Of a DNA stretch of 64,000 bases, positions 40,151-53,766 are shown in pieces. The notes below the pieces were generated by a model. It searched no databases, was not told where the DNA came from, and was given only the letters and a program-made list of their open reading frames with translations. The stretch is from positions 22,568,001 to 22,632,000 of the forward strand of contig OZ024756.1 of NCBI GenBank assembly GCA_964016885.1, given 5' to 3'. The DNA comes from Eledone cirrhosa. Taxonomy: Eukaryota. Made by a program: the position numbers and the translations under genes. Numbering within the stretch: the first letter of the stretch is position 1; each line of letters starts with the position of its first letter.

Positions 40151-40825
40151 TATATAGAGAGAGAGATAGAGAGAGAGTGTGAGAGACACATAAGCGTGGG
40201 CACACACCCAATCATATATATATATGTGTGTGTGTATGTGTGTGTGTGTGTATGGTTGTGTGTATGTATGTATATCAATCTCTCTCTCTTTCTCTCTCAC
40301 TATATATATATATATATATATACACAAACACACATATATATATGTTTGTGTGTATGTGTGTATATAAGGTAGTACTGTTAATGATCTGAAGAAAGATGTT
40401 TCCTTTTCAATAGAACGAAAAACGATATTTATGTAATTCGATCAACTGAAATCAAAGCTGAAGGCGATGATTTCAGTTTAACATGTACACATACACAAGT
40501 ACATAGATACATACATATTTATATATATATATATATATATAAATTAATATGTATGTGACGAAACACAGATACCAACACATCTGTATATATATTGCAAAAG
40601 AAAAATTTAGCCAGATTGAAGTATACTAATTATTATACTACAGTTTGTCCATATCGATTTAAAATAATAAATCAACGGAGACGAACTGTATTGCCAAGAG
40701 AATGTAAAGGAATTCATTACCTTATTAATATATATATATACATATTTGTATATACATACATATTTATATATACATACATATTTATATATACATACATATT
40801 TAAATACATACATATATATATATAT

Positions 40826-41685
40826 AGAACCCTCGACATTCTATAGAGGGTTGGTCCGCAGCAAGTGCGACGAAACGCTCGGAGAAACTCTAGGCGTAGA
40901 GGAGGACAAACTGGCCAGTCTGTTCGGTAGGACTTCCGTCCGGGACCAATGGACAACTTCCAAAAGTCCCTGGCCTGCAGTACTACCGAGGAGCTCTACC
41001 AGTTCGAGACAAGCGCTTCAGACACGGGTAGGGACCCTTCGCGCCCGGGTAGGGACCCTTCGAAAAAGATCTGTCCGAGATGCGTGCGCGACGAGGAAAC
41101 CGTCGCACACGCATTTGTACACTGCCCGAGCTATGTAGAACGACTATTGTCGCGGGTGAGACCAATCCAGTTGACCACCGAGTCCATTGTCATGATCAAA
41201 CCGCCACCCTCCTTCAAAAACGAGGGAGAGGCGATTTTCCTATGTGTTATGGCTATGATGAAAGAGGTTATATGGTGGACGAGGTTAAAAGGGCTGAGGT
41301 CAGACACCTTTCTCTCCGGCGAGCAACTGATTCGTTTTTTTCAAATATCATTTTGGAAGAAGAATCAGGATGGAGAGAGAGGTGCTGTACCCCAGCAAAT
41401 TTTATAAAAGGTGGGTGAATGTGGCAAAGATGGCTCGAGTGGTTGGGCCTTCTCTCTATATAAGCTTGTAGGTTGAGGAAAAAGAGATGAGGGTTGTACA
41501 TTTGTTCGGGGTGTGTACAACCCCTGTGTAACACCTCCACCCTATTGGGGATTTCAATTGTTATTTGTTATTGTATTAATAGTTTTATTTTCATATACCT
41601 GTATGTAAACTCCCCATTTGTATTTGTCCCCTTCTTTTGTGCCCTTGTGGCTAATAAAGAAATGTATCTATCTATCTATCTATCT
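40826..41685 (+). mobile_element. Tx1/L1-clade LINE 3' part (zinc-knuckle C-terminus and 3' UTR), frameshifted
   Basis: CPRCVRDEETVAHAFVHC CCHC motif, KEVIWWTR, AATAAA then (TATC)n. Confidence 0.85.
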
Positions 41686-41999
41686 CTCTCTCTATATATA
41701 TATAGAGAGAGAGATTTCTTGTATATATGTGTATACACACCTGCACACACTCACACACACACGCATATATATATATAAATGTATTCACACCTGCACACAC
41801 ATATACGCATATATATATATACAAGGCATAACAAAATATCGTTATAGGTAATCCAGTTAGAGATTGAGAATACTTCTTATTATGGATAGTTTTAGCTTAC
41901 GGCGTTGCTTGACTCAACAATAGGTTTACGTAGATGGCGAGTTTATGATTTCACTTGTATTCCAATGTAAGTTTATCTTGGAGTAATAACATTGACAAA

Positions 42000-42207
42000 G
42001 TGAAGAATAACATGATCAACAGTACAAAAAAGGGGGCTTTATTTACAGTCTGACAATTGTTTCACTGATTAAGTTGTCCAAAATTGAGTGGCACTGCTTC
42101 TAGTGTTCAGCAATTTTTAGACAACTTAATCAGTGAAACAATTGTCAGACTGTAAATAAATCCCTTTTTGTTGTACTGTTGACCATGTTATTCTTCAATT
42201 TTTCAAT
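42000..42207. mobile_element. Palindromic relative of the 8380-8487 hammerhead element, inverted inside loop II
   Basis: tttacagtctgacaattgtttcactgattaagttgtc / gacaacttaatcagtgaaacaattgtcagactgtaaa; GUC triplet here versus GUU at 8.48 kb. Confidence 0.8.
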
Positions 42208-42223
42208 TATATAACCCCCCCCC

Positions 42224-42311
<88 letters not shown>

Positions 42312-43000
42312 ATAGTTTATATGATTTTGTGTTTACATATCTGCATATTCTGAGCAAACTTCTATCAATTTGTATATTGTTGTCACATTGTCACATAAAC
42401 CAGACTACATGTTGGTGTCAGATGGTGCTGGTGGTGCTAATGGTGGTGTTGTGTTTATGGTGGCGGTGGTGTTGATGCTGGTGTTTGTGGTGGTGGTGGT
42501 GGTGGTGGTGGTGGTGTTGCTGACATTGGCTGTGTTGTTTTTGTGGTGGTGGTGATTGTTGATAGTGTTGATAGTGGTGGTGTTGCTGGTGTGATGAGAG
42601 GTACTGTGTCTGTGGTGGTGGTGGTGGAATGATGTGTGGTGCTGTGTCTGTGGTGGTGGTGGTGGTGGTGGTGATAGTGTTAACGGTTTGGTGCTATGTT
42701 TGCGTGCCTGCTAAGAAGACAATACAAACCTCTGCCGACTTATTTTGTTCATGTCCAACGTCAAATATGGCCGCCACTGCTGCCATACTTTATCGTATAT
42801 CTTTGTTAAATTTTTGTTGCTATATTTATTTACTACGGTTTTTGTACTGAGAGAGAAGATTTTATGTCCAAATACATTCCAACACTTACATTCCGGTTAT
42901 TTTCTTATTTAACCAAAGCATCATTTTCTAACGTGTCGTTTGTTCCAAGTTTTTCAGCTGCTATACCTAGCATGTCAAGTCATCACGTAGGGCTCTAATT

Positions 43001-43067
<67 letters not shown>

Positions 43068-43153
43068 ATCTGTTTGTTTTCCTCTACCTCTCTCACTCCC
43101 CCACACATCATTCTTTCCCTCCTAACTCTCTCACACACATACACACACACACA

Positions 43154-43213
<60 letters not shown>

Positions 43214-43354
43214 CTCTCAAGATATGTATATATATTTGCAAACTTCTTTATCGTTGCGCGTATGTGTATATGTGCGTACGTGAGGTGTATGTATATATAT
43301 GCGTGCGTGATTAAGTGCGTATGAGTGTGCATATGTTTATATATCTCGAATAAG

Positions 43355-43655
43355 GACCAGATATTGCAATAGCCTGGGGTTCAAAGGCCCTCAACTCATC
43401 AACAAGCTGCCAAGAAATTTGAGAGATCTGCATGGTATGGACGCGGATGTTTTCAAGAAACATCTTGCCACCCTGCTCTACAGGATCCCGGATGAGCCTA
43501 CAGTACGGTACGAAAGTAACCTAAGGGCAGCAGCAACGAACATCCCTCTTACACCAATGGCCAGCGAACAAAGGCTGGAGATAGAATGTGTAGCAATATG
43601 GGCGGTGCCCCAGCAATCCTCAGCCGGATGGCTGGAAACAGGTAAAAGTGTAAAC
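43355..43655 (+). mobile_element. CR1-group LINE 3' end
   Basis: SLGFKGPQLINKLPRNLRDLHGMDADVFKKHLATLLYRIPDEP..RAAATN matches the GP.LFN.LP..IR..FK..LD..L..VPD.P..RAA.SNS pattern. Confidence 0.75.
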
Positions 43656-43910
43656 GACACATGTTTATACATGTGTATGAGTGCGTGTGAGTGTGCGTGT
43701 GTGCGTGTGCGTGTGTGTATGTGTGTGCGTGTGTGTATGTATATGTATGTTTGTGTGTGTGTGTATGTGTGTTGTTAGAAAGTAACTATAACCACTCTGA
43801 AGTCTTTTGTTACACGAACTTGGTACTGGCGATCTCTACAATCATTCAATACGAAGTTACTATAAGATACTGGTTGCTTTGTGTATTTGTCTCTGTCCTT
43901 GTTAATCCGT

Positions 43911-44130
43911 GAAGGCGTGTGGCTCATTGGTTAGAGAACAGGATTCGTAATCGTGAGGTTGTGAGTTCGATTCGTGGACCGGGCGAGGCGTTATGTCCTT
44001 GAGCAAGACACTTTATTTCATGTTGCTCCTTCTACCTAGAGTTGCGACCGATAGATAGTATTAGCAATTGGAAAGGCCAACGGAAACATTGTTTCCTCGG
44101 TCCGATTTGACGAAAGTCCATCGAATCTCT
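43911..44130 (+). mobile_element. SINE family 2 (tRNA head, V-domain-like)
   Basis: gtggctcattggttaga A box, gagttcgattc B box, tgtccttgagcaagacacttta. Confidence 0.85.
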
Positions 44131-44482
44131 CTTGTGATTCGGATTGTGTATGTGGACATGTTTACTTGCATATGTGTACGTGTGTGTATTTATGTGTGTG
44201 TATAGGCATGTGTTTACCTCTGTGTGTGTGTGCGTGTGTGTATTCATCTGCGAGTGTCTGTGTGTCTTTATATGTGTGGGCATGTGTTTTCCTGCGAGTC
44301 TCTGAGTGTGTGTATATATATATGTATATATATATATATGGAGGGGGGGGGCATGTGTTTTTCTGTGAGTATGTGTATGTGTGTGGACATGTGTTACCCA
44401 GCAAGTATGTGTAGTTGTGTGGACATGTGATTTTCTGCGAATATATGTGTATGTATGTGTGTGGACATGTGTTTTCCTATGA

Positions 44483-44513
<31 letters not shown>

Positions 44514-45142
44514 GACGTGTTTTCATGCTAGTATGTGTATGTGTGTGTGTACATGTGTAGGCTTGTGTTGTCCTGCGTGTATGTGTCCGTGATGATGGAG
44601 GTGTCATGTGTGCGTATATGTGTGTGCATTGTCTTTCCCTGCGGGTATGTGTGTGTGTGTATGTGTATGTGTGTATGTGAGAATGTGTTTAACTGCGAGT
44701 ATGTGTATGAGTGAGTGTATTGTGTTTACCTGCGAGTGTGTGTCTACCTTTATGTTAATATTTATCTGTCTAAAATAAGATACTGAGAAGGTCCAGAGAG
44801 AGAAATGTGTGTGTGTGTGGGGGGGGGGGGGCGAACGAGGGAGACTAATGGATGTAAGCAACAGAACAAGATGAAAAAGAAAGAAAGGGAGAACAATAAA
44901 ACAAAGAAAATATGGCGACAGAAAAACAGTTAAATCAAAGGGATACGAACGTATGCGGATGGTGTATGCATCATATGAGTAATGTATACACACGCAGACA
45001 CACAGACATATATATATATATATATATATATATGAAGGCGATGAATTTGTTTTGCGAGTTTTTTTATATGAAATTGTGTGTCGAAACAAATATTGTTATA
45101 CTTGGGGAGAGTCATATTGTTATAATAATTGTTTCTACGTTT

Positions 45143-45349
45143 GGCAATACTCTCTAACGGTCGCAATTGCCAATACTCTCTATCGGTCGCAATTGCCAAT
45201 ACTCTCTATCGGTCGCAATTGCCAATACTCTCTAACGGTCGCAATTGCCAATACTCTCTATCGGTCGCAATTGCCAATACTCTCTATCGGTCGCAATTGC
45301 CAATACTCTCTATCGGTCGCAATTGCCAATACTCTCTAACGGTCGCAAC
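45143..45349. repeat. 26-bp tandem array (~8 copies) inside a minus-strand family 2 SINE (head 45350-45477)
   Basis: Unit aatactctcta(a/t)cggtcgcaattgcc; single-copy counterpart at 44041-44070. Confidence 0.9.
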
Positions 45350-45560
45350 TCCAAGTGGAAGGAGCAATGTGAAATAAAGTCTCTTGCTCAAGAATATAAC
45401 GCATCGCTCTGTTCGGGAATCGAACTCACAACCTCACGATTGCGAATCCAATTCTCTAACCACTCGGCCATGCGCCTTATATACATAACTTTGCCTTTTA
45501 TCCTTTTTGAGGTCGAAAAGAAAAGTACCAGCCTTGTATGGGGTCGATTATTCCTCTCAG

Positions 45561-45625
45561 GAGGCTCATGATTTCTCCCGAAGGAAATAGTTCTAGTCCT
45601 GTAGAAGCCATTTCTATATTAAATA
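45561..45625 (+). mobile_element. Family A remnant
   Basis: atgatttctcccgaaggaaatagttctagtcctgtagaagccatttctatattaaat. Confidence 0.7.
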
Positions 45626-45705
45626 TATATATATGTGTGTGTGTGGGTGTGTGTGTGCATAAATGTCTCAACACTGAGATTCATGTTTCTCGTTCTCAAA
45701 GTAAT

Positions 45706-46080
45706 AATTGTTTCTACTTTAGGCACAAGGCCAGCAATTACCCAGTAGTACATTACTGGTACTTTATTTTATCGACCCCGTAAGGATGAAAGGCAAAGTT
45801 AACCTCGACGGGATTTGAACTCAGACTGTATAGGGACGTAACTATGCTAGAAAGCATGGCGTCCGACCCTCTACTGATACTGCCAATCCACTGCCCCTCT
45901 ACATATATAATTATTTCTACTTTTGGCACAAGGCCAGCAATTACCCAGTACATTACTGGTACTTTATTTTATCGACCCCATAAGGATGAAAGGCAAAGTT
46001 AACCTCGACGGGCTTTGAACTCAGACTGTAAAGGGACGTAACTATGCGAGAAAGCATGGCGTCCAACCCTCTACTGCCAA
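45706..46080 (-). mobile_element. SINE family 1 dimer
   Basis: Two consecutive reverse-complement copies. Confidence 0.9.
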
Positions 46081-46374
46081 TCACAACACTGCAGTTAGTG
46101 TTTTTTTTTTCTGTTGCGGAGAATGTCATCTCATATCGTTTAGAGCTATGATGAAAAGTAATCCCACCATTACTCGTTATTTCTTCCTGTATACAAGGAA
46201 CAGGGAAGAATATTATCCAAGTAATCATTTTATTTGTATGTTGGTAGGATATGATTTATGTAGGGATTTATCTAACAGAACAAGCAATGATTCCGACTCT
46301 CCCTTTTTCTTTTTTTTTTTTTTTACATCACGGATAGATAAGCTGCAAAATGTAAAAAAAATGCGCAATTCACA

Positions 46375-47230
46375 CACACATACATACATATATTCTTACG
46401 TACATACATACATACATAGTACACACATACATACAAACATACATGCATACAAACGTACATACACACACACATACATACATATATTCTTACGTACATACAT
46501 ACATACATACATACATACATACATACATACATACATACATACGCACATACATACAAACACACATGCATACAAACGTACATACACACACACATACATACAT
46601 ATATTCTTACGTACATACATACATACATACATACATACATACATACATACATACATACATACATAGTCACATACATACGTACACACATACATACAAACAT
46701 ACATGCATACAAACGTACATACACACACACATACATACATTCAAACACACATACATATCTACATGCGTACATATATATATATATGCAAACATACATATAT
46801 AAGTACGCACATGCATACATAAACACATACATACATATATACATACATACACACACATATATATACACACATTTATACAAACATTCATACACACATACAT
46901 GCATGCATACATACATACATATCGACATACGCACATACACACATACATACATGCATACATATCTACATAAGTACATACATATATACAAATATATATATAC
47001 AAACATATATGTATACATACATGCAAACACATGTATAAACATTCATACACATACACATATACATACATACAAACATACATACATATCGACATACGCAAAT
47101 ATACACATACATACATGCATACATACATTTATACATACATACATATATATACATAGTATATACATTTATACATACATATATATATACATACATACTTATA
47201 TACATTTATACATACATACATGGATATATA
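46375..47230. repeat. (CATA)n-based tract with ~120-bp higher-order duplication
   Basis: atattcttacgtacatac and acatgcatacaaacgtac recur. Confidence 0.9.
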
Positions 47231-47635
47231 TTTCTAAATTTCTAAACAATCCTTATTACGTTTTTTTTATGCAGGTACGTATGTGTGTGTGTGTGTGTGT
47301 TTGTGCGTGTGTGTGCGTGTGTGTGGGGGGGTATGAGTGTGTGTATCTATGTGAATATTTGCGTGTTTGCTTTTCAAGAATGTTGCATATTTTCCAGAAA
47401 ATATCCATCTTCTTGCCTAACCAACAACCGACCATTGTCCCCAGAACTACACATACAGAGAAAAATCAATTGCCTGATGTATCGATTTTGTCCATGTATA
47501 TATATGTGTGTGTGTGTGTGTGTGTATGTGTGTGTGAAACAGAGAAAAAAGACACAGAGTGAGAAATAGAGAGAGAGAGAGTACAAGAAAGAAAAATAGA
47601 CAAAGTCATGTGTACGCACACACACATACATACAT

Positions 47636-47707
<72 letters not shown>

Positions 47708-47857
47708 GTGTGTATATATATATATGTGTATGTGTGTATGTATGTATATATATATATATATATATATAGACACATATATGTATATTTACATCTATATATA
47801 GAACACATACATACCTATAAATATTTATATGGACACACACACATCTATCTATCTATA

Positions 47858-48610
47858 GAGTGGCGAGAATGGCCCGTGTGAATGGGCCTTCACTCTACAT
47901 CAGACTATAGGTGAGGAAGATGAAAGACCAAGGGAGCACCCCTTCTCTGTGCTCCTGAGGAGAAGGGTTGCACACTTTTTTCGGGGGTGTGTGCGACCCC
48001 CCAAGGCGCCTCCTCTCTATTGAGGATTTTGTTATAATTCTATTTTTTGTTATATCTTATTTTATTTTTATATTTTGTTATTGCCTCCTCCTTATTGAGG
48101 ACGCCTTTTTGTGTAAACTCCCCCCTTTGTACTTGTCCCACTTTTGATGCCCTAGTGGCAAATAAAAGAAACATATCTATCTCTCTCTTTCGTTGTTTGG
48201 TGGACACGATTGAAAGGTCTGAGGTCAGGCAACTTCCTCTCTGGCCATAGTCTGGTCTACTTCTTCCGATATCACTTCGGAAGAAGGATAAGAATGGAGA
48301 GAGAGGTGCTTGGCCACAGGCAGTTTTATGAAAGGCGGCTGATAGTGGCGAGAATGGCTCGTGTAAATGGGCCTTCTCTGTATACCATCCTGTAGGTAAA
48401 GAAGTAAAGGAGAGGGGAGCACCTTCTCCATGTGCTCCCCGGGCAAAGGATTGCACACTTTTTCGGGAGTGTGTGCAACCCCCATTACGTCCCCTCCCTT
48501 TTGAGGTTATTTTCGATTATTTTCATGTTACACCCTTTTTACTCGATTATATGTAAACTCCCCCTTTGTATTTGTCCCTTCTTTTTATGCCTTTATGGTA
48601 AATAAAGAAA

Positions 48611-48615
<5 letters not shown>
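47858..48615 (+). mobile_element. Two tandem Tx1-like 3' fragments
   Basis: Both homologous to 41270-41665; each ends aataaa..gaaa..atctatctctc. Confidence 0.8.
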
Positions 48616-48704
<89 letters not shown>

Positions 48705-48905
48705 TATACATATATATAATCTCAATTGTCCCATTTATTGATTTTTCCAATCTATTTTGAATATTCCATTTGAAGCATTTACGTTAACGATATCATTTTT
48801 TATATTTATAATTATTCATATTCTTGGTGATTTCTTTGGGTTTTTTTTTAAGAAGTTTGTCGTTGTTTTTTTAAACATAACGCATTCTTCATTCGTTTGT
48901 TTTTG

Positions 48906-49855
<950 letters not shown>

Positions 49856-49978
49856 AAGATTGGCTTTACTTTTTTTCGTTCTCTTTATTGGTGATGTCTT
49901 AATGTTCGGCTGACTTCAAATGAGTTTCAGCTGATATATTAAGGGATATAATTTGTTTCTTTCTATGTGGATGCGTGT

Positions 49979-50009
<31 letters not shown>

Positions 50010-50022
50010 AGTGTGTGTGTGT

Positions 50023-50062
<40 letters not shown>

Positions 50063-50144
50063 GTGTATGTGTATGTGTGTGTGTGTTTGTTTAAAAGATC
50101 ACGTTCTTTTATCTATATTGCATTTATACATGGATAAACATAAA

Positions 50145-50348
50145 CACATATATTTATGTATAAAATCACCTCCACACATACATACATACATACTCACAAA
50201 CACACACACACACATATGTATATGTATGTACTTATGTATGTGTATATATATATACACACATACATAAGTACATACATATACATATGTGTGTGTGTGTGTT
50301 TGTGAGTATGTATGTATGTGTGGAGGTGATTTTATACATAAATATGTA
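50145..50348. repeat. Inverted duplication centred on (TA)n
   Basis: atttatgtataaaatcacctccacac / gtgtggaggtgattttatacataaat. Confidence 0.85.
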
Positions 50349-50364
50349 TATGTATGTACTTATG

Positions 50365-50427
<63 letters not shown>

Positions 50428-50468
50428 ATAATAATTTATTTCTGCGTTCCCAGATTGATTTTTTTTTT

Positions 50469-50519
50469 AGTTTCAGAAGATCCCGTTAAGGGTGAAAGCA
50501 GCGATTCTATGCTTAAACT
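50469..50519 (+). ncRNA. Family B hammerhead, best copy (CAGAAGA core)
   Basis: agttt CAGAAGA t ccc gttaa ggg t GAAA gca gcgattcta tgc TT aaact. Confidence 0.75.
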
Positions 50520-50790
50520 TTAATCTGTTATTTTAATAAATATATATATATATATATATATATAGCATACAATTTTTTTTTTTTTCCTTTTTGTAATATA
50601 CTTTTATATACATGTAATTTGGTGAATATATGTGCGTATAATATCTTTTGTAAGAGATAAAAAAAAACAAAAAAAAACCCAAGTGAAATCTGAATAAGAA
50701 TTGTAGGATTTTCAACACTGTTGACAATATATGTGTGTGTGTGTGGGGGGGGGGGTATGTGTGAGTATGTGTATGTGTGTGTGTGTGAAC

Positions 50791-50824
<34 letters not shown>

Positions 50825-51169
50825 CTTTGAATGAAAAATCACCATAAAAATATAAGCCTACAGAAAACAGTTTCTTTCTTCAAACGATAATTCAATCACC
50901 CCTGCTGAATTTTAACTATCCTTCCAGCCACTCTAGATGTGTATATATATGTATATATGTATATGTATATATGTATATATGTATATATATGTATGTGTAT
51001 ATATATGTATATATGTATATATATATATATATATGTATGTCTGTGTGTGTGTGTGTGTGTGTTTTTATATAGAGGTATGTGATACAGGTAGGTGAATATT
51101 TTTTGCTTCGCTCTAATGTTCGATCTATGTTTTTACATCCACAGTTATATTACAAGCCTGAAGTTTAGC

Positions 51170-51171
51170 AT

Positions 51172-51226
<55 letters not shown>

Positions 51227-52090
51227 CGACTATCATCACCATGACTATCATCTCCTACATCATTATCCCCAACGCCACCACCGTCATCGATAATGTTGCC
51301 ACAAATGTCATCAACATTACCACCATCATCACTATCACCACCATCACCACCATCACCACCATCACCACCATCACCACCATCACCACCATCACCTCCATCA
51401 GTATCACCGCCACCGCCACCACAAATGTATCATCATCGTTGTCACCATTATCATGATCATCACCATAACCTGCATCATTATCAACAACAACACCGCCACC
51501 GCCACCGCCACAGTCGCAACAACTTATCATCATCACCGCCGTCGCCTCCATCATTATCACCAACATCACCACCACCACCATTATCGTCACCATCATCACT
51601 AACACCGCCATCACCTCCATCATTATCACCAACACCACCACTGCCACTGCCACTGCCACTGCCATCATCACCATCATCACCATCACCACCATCATCATAA
51701 CCATACTCACATCCATCTTCATCACCATCATCATCATCACCACCACCACCACCACCACCACAAGCTTCATCATCACTCTCAATCTCATCACGATCAGCAC
51801 CAAGAAAAATCATCATCGCAATCACCCCCCCCCCCTCCTCACATCCATCAGCACAAACTTCAACATCCCTATCACCATCACCACCACCACCACCACAACA
51901 ACAACCACTTTCACACCACCACCACCACTTTCACACCACCCCCACAACCTTCCCCATCACTTATCACCCTCATTACTATCACCACCACAAATCATCATCA
52001 TCACCCCCGCCACCAGCACCACCACCACCATAATCAATATCAGCATCATCACTATCAGCATCATCATCAACATCATCAACAGCAGTGTCA
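51170..52090. repeat. (CAT)n/(CAC)n low-complexity tract
   Basis: Direct reading. Confidence 0.9.
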
Positions 52091-52175
52091 TCCATAGAAG
52101 AAATATTTGGTAACATGGACCATCACCTCAGTTTTCCTTATACTTTCTTTATCCTTTCATTATATTTCACGTAAG

Positions 52176-52606
52176 GGCGGTGCATTGGCAGTATCGGTAG
52201 AGGGTCGGACGCCATGCTTTCCAACATAGTTACGTCCCTTTACGATCTGAGTTCAAATCCCGCCGAGGTTGACTTTGCCTTTCATCCTTACGGGGTCGAT
52301 AAAATAAAGTACCAGTAATGCACTGGTTAATTGCTGGCCTTGTGCCTAACGTAGAAACAATTATATTTCACGTATGTTCACGGTGATGGATTGACAGAAT
52401 CGGTTGAGCATCGGACACCCAGATTCGCGGCATAGAGTTACGGCCCTTTACATTATCAGTTTAAATCCCGCCGAGATTAGCTTTAACTTTGCATTTCATC
52501 CTTACGGGGTCGATAAAATAAAGTACCAGTAATGCACTGGTTCGATTTAATCAACATTCCCCTCCAACCGAAATGTATGGTCTTGTGCCTATAGTAGACA
52601 CAATTA
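52176..52606 (+). mobile_element. Two SINE family 1 copies (one young, one older)
   Basis: Family core at ~52277-52325 and ~52495-52540. Confidence 0.85.
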
Positions 52607-53235
52607 TTCATTCACAAATTTCTTCCCTTTCCGCTTTTTCTTTTCCCATTCATATTCTATTCTATGAACTGTCTACGTTCATTTCTTCTAATTAACTGAC
52701 CTAAATGTTTTAATGTTCTCTCTTTGATGGTGCCTAATAAACTTTTCTTACTTACAGCTATCTTTAGTACTTCATCATTAGTTTTATTTTCTAACAATGA
52801 GATATTCTCAAAGGTCTTTTATATGCTCACAGCGTAAAGACTTTTAATCTAGTACGTAATTCTCTTTTTAATGCCTACGTTTCAATTCTAAAACCATTTC
52901 CCCGATTTTGATATAAATGTCTCGAGATTTTAGTTTACTTCTCAATTGTTCAAATGACTTTCTAGATACCTCTTTTTTTTTTTGAGAGAGAGAGAGAGAG
53001 GGGAGTTTCTTAGTCAGCCTATGAACATTTCCGCCGAACCTTGTATACCGAGTCATGATAGACATGCGACCATGTTTGGGCTATCTTTGGTTGTTTTACT
53101 CCCCTTGGTTTATTGCATAACGCATTTATAAACAGCTTGTCGAAAGTCCTTTCACAAGAGGTTCCTAGTGTAAATATTTCTGGACTAGTTCCTGTTCCTA
53201 GTTGAAAACCACATTGAAGCTGACTTATATATATA

Positions 53236-53269
<34 letters not shown>

Positions 53270-53270
<1 letters not shown>

Positions 53271-53461
53271 GTTATTCCGGGTTGAATCGGAGGTAACCAC
53301 AGTAAGTAAGGTACTCAATACATAGCAGAGTATAAAAGTTTTAATATAGATGAGATTCTACAGGACTAGAACTGTTTCATTCTTTAGAAATCATCAGGAT
53401 TCCTGAGGATTTCTAAAGAATGAAACAGTTCTAGTCCTGTAGAATCTCATCTATATTAAAA

Positions 53462-53465
<4 letters not shown>
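53270..53465. mobile_element. Family A palindrome with intact plus-strand hammerhead 53398-53446
   Basis: gattc CTGAGGA tttc taaa gaat GAAAC ag ttctagtc ct GTA gaatc; (TA)n on both sides. Confidence 0.9.
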
Positions 53466-53518
<53 letters not shown>

Positions 53519-53686
53519 ATATATAATAATAAAGAGATACAAACACAGATATATACATATAAGCGTTCAAATGACAAGGGACGTAAATCGCCAGGGTGAA
53601 GAAAATACAAACTAACGATAATACGGTTCGCAAGACTCAATTAAAAGTATAAATTAAGAATTACAAACCGAATTATGATATCTATC

Positions 53687-53766
53687 AACATCCAGACACC
53701 TTTTGGTAGAACTGTTTCGCAATTAAGTGGAGAGAGTTAAAAAGTCAATGCTCTTCAGTGGATGTT
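53687..53766 (-). ncRNA. Intact type I hammerhead, 8-bp stem I, GUC site
   Basis: aacatcca CTGAAGA gcattga..ttaattgc GAAAC a..t GTC tggatgtt. Confidence 0.85.

Noticed and set aside
43911-43985. tRNA gene
   Set aside because: A/B boxes are followed by a SINE body; no complete cloverleaf
45143-45349. CRISPR-like array
   Set aside because: Contiguous tandem units without spacers; eukaryotic SINE-derived
51241-51825. Pro/His/Met-rich ORFs
   Set aside because: (CAT)/(CAC) low complexity, open on both strands
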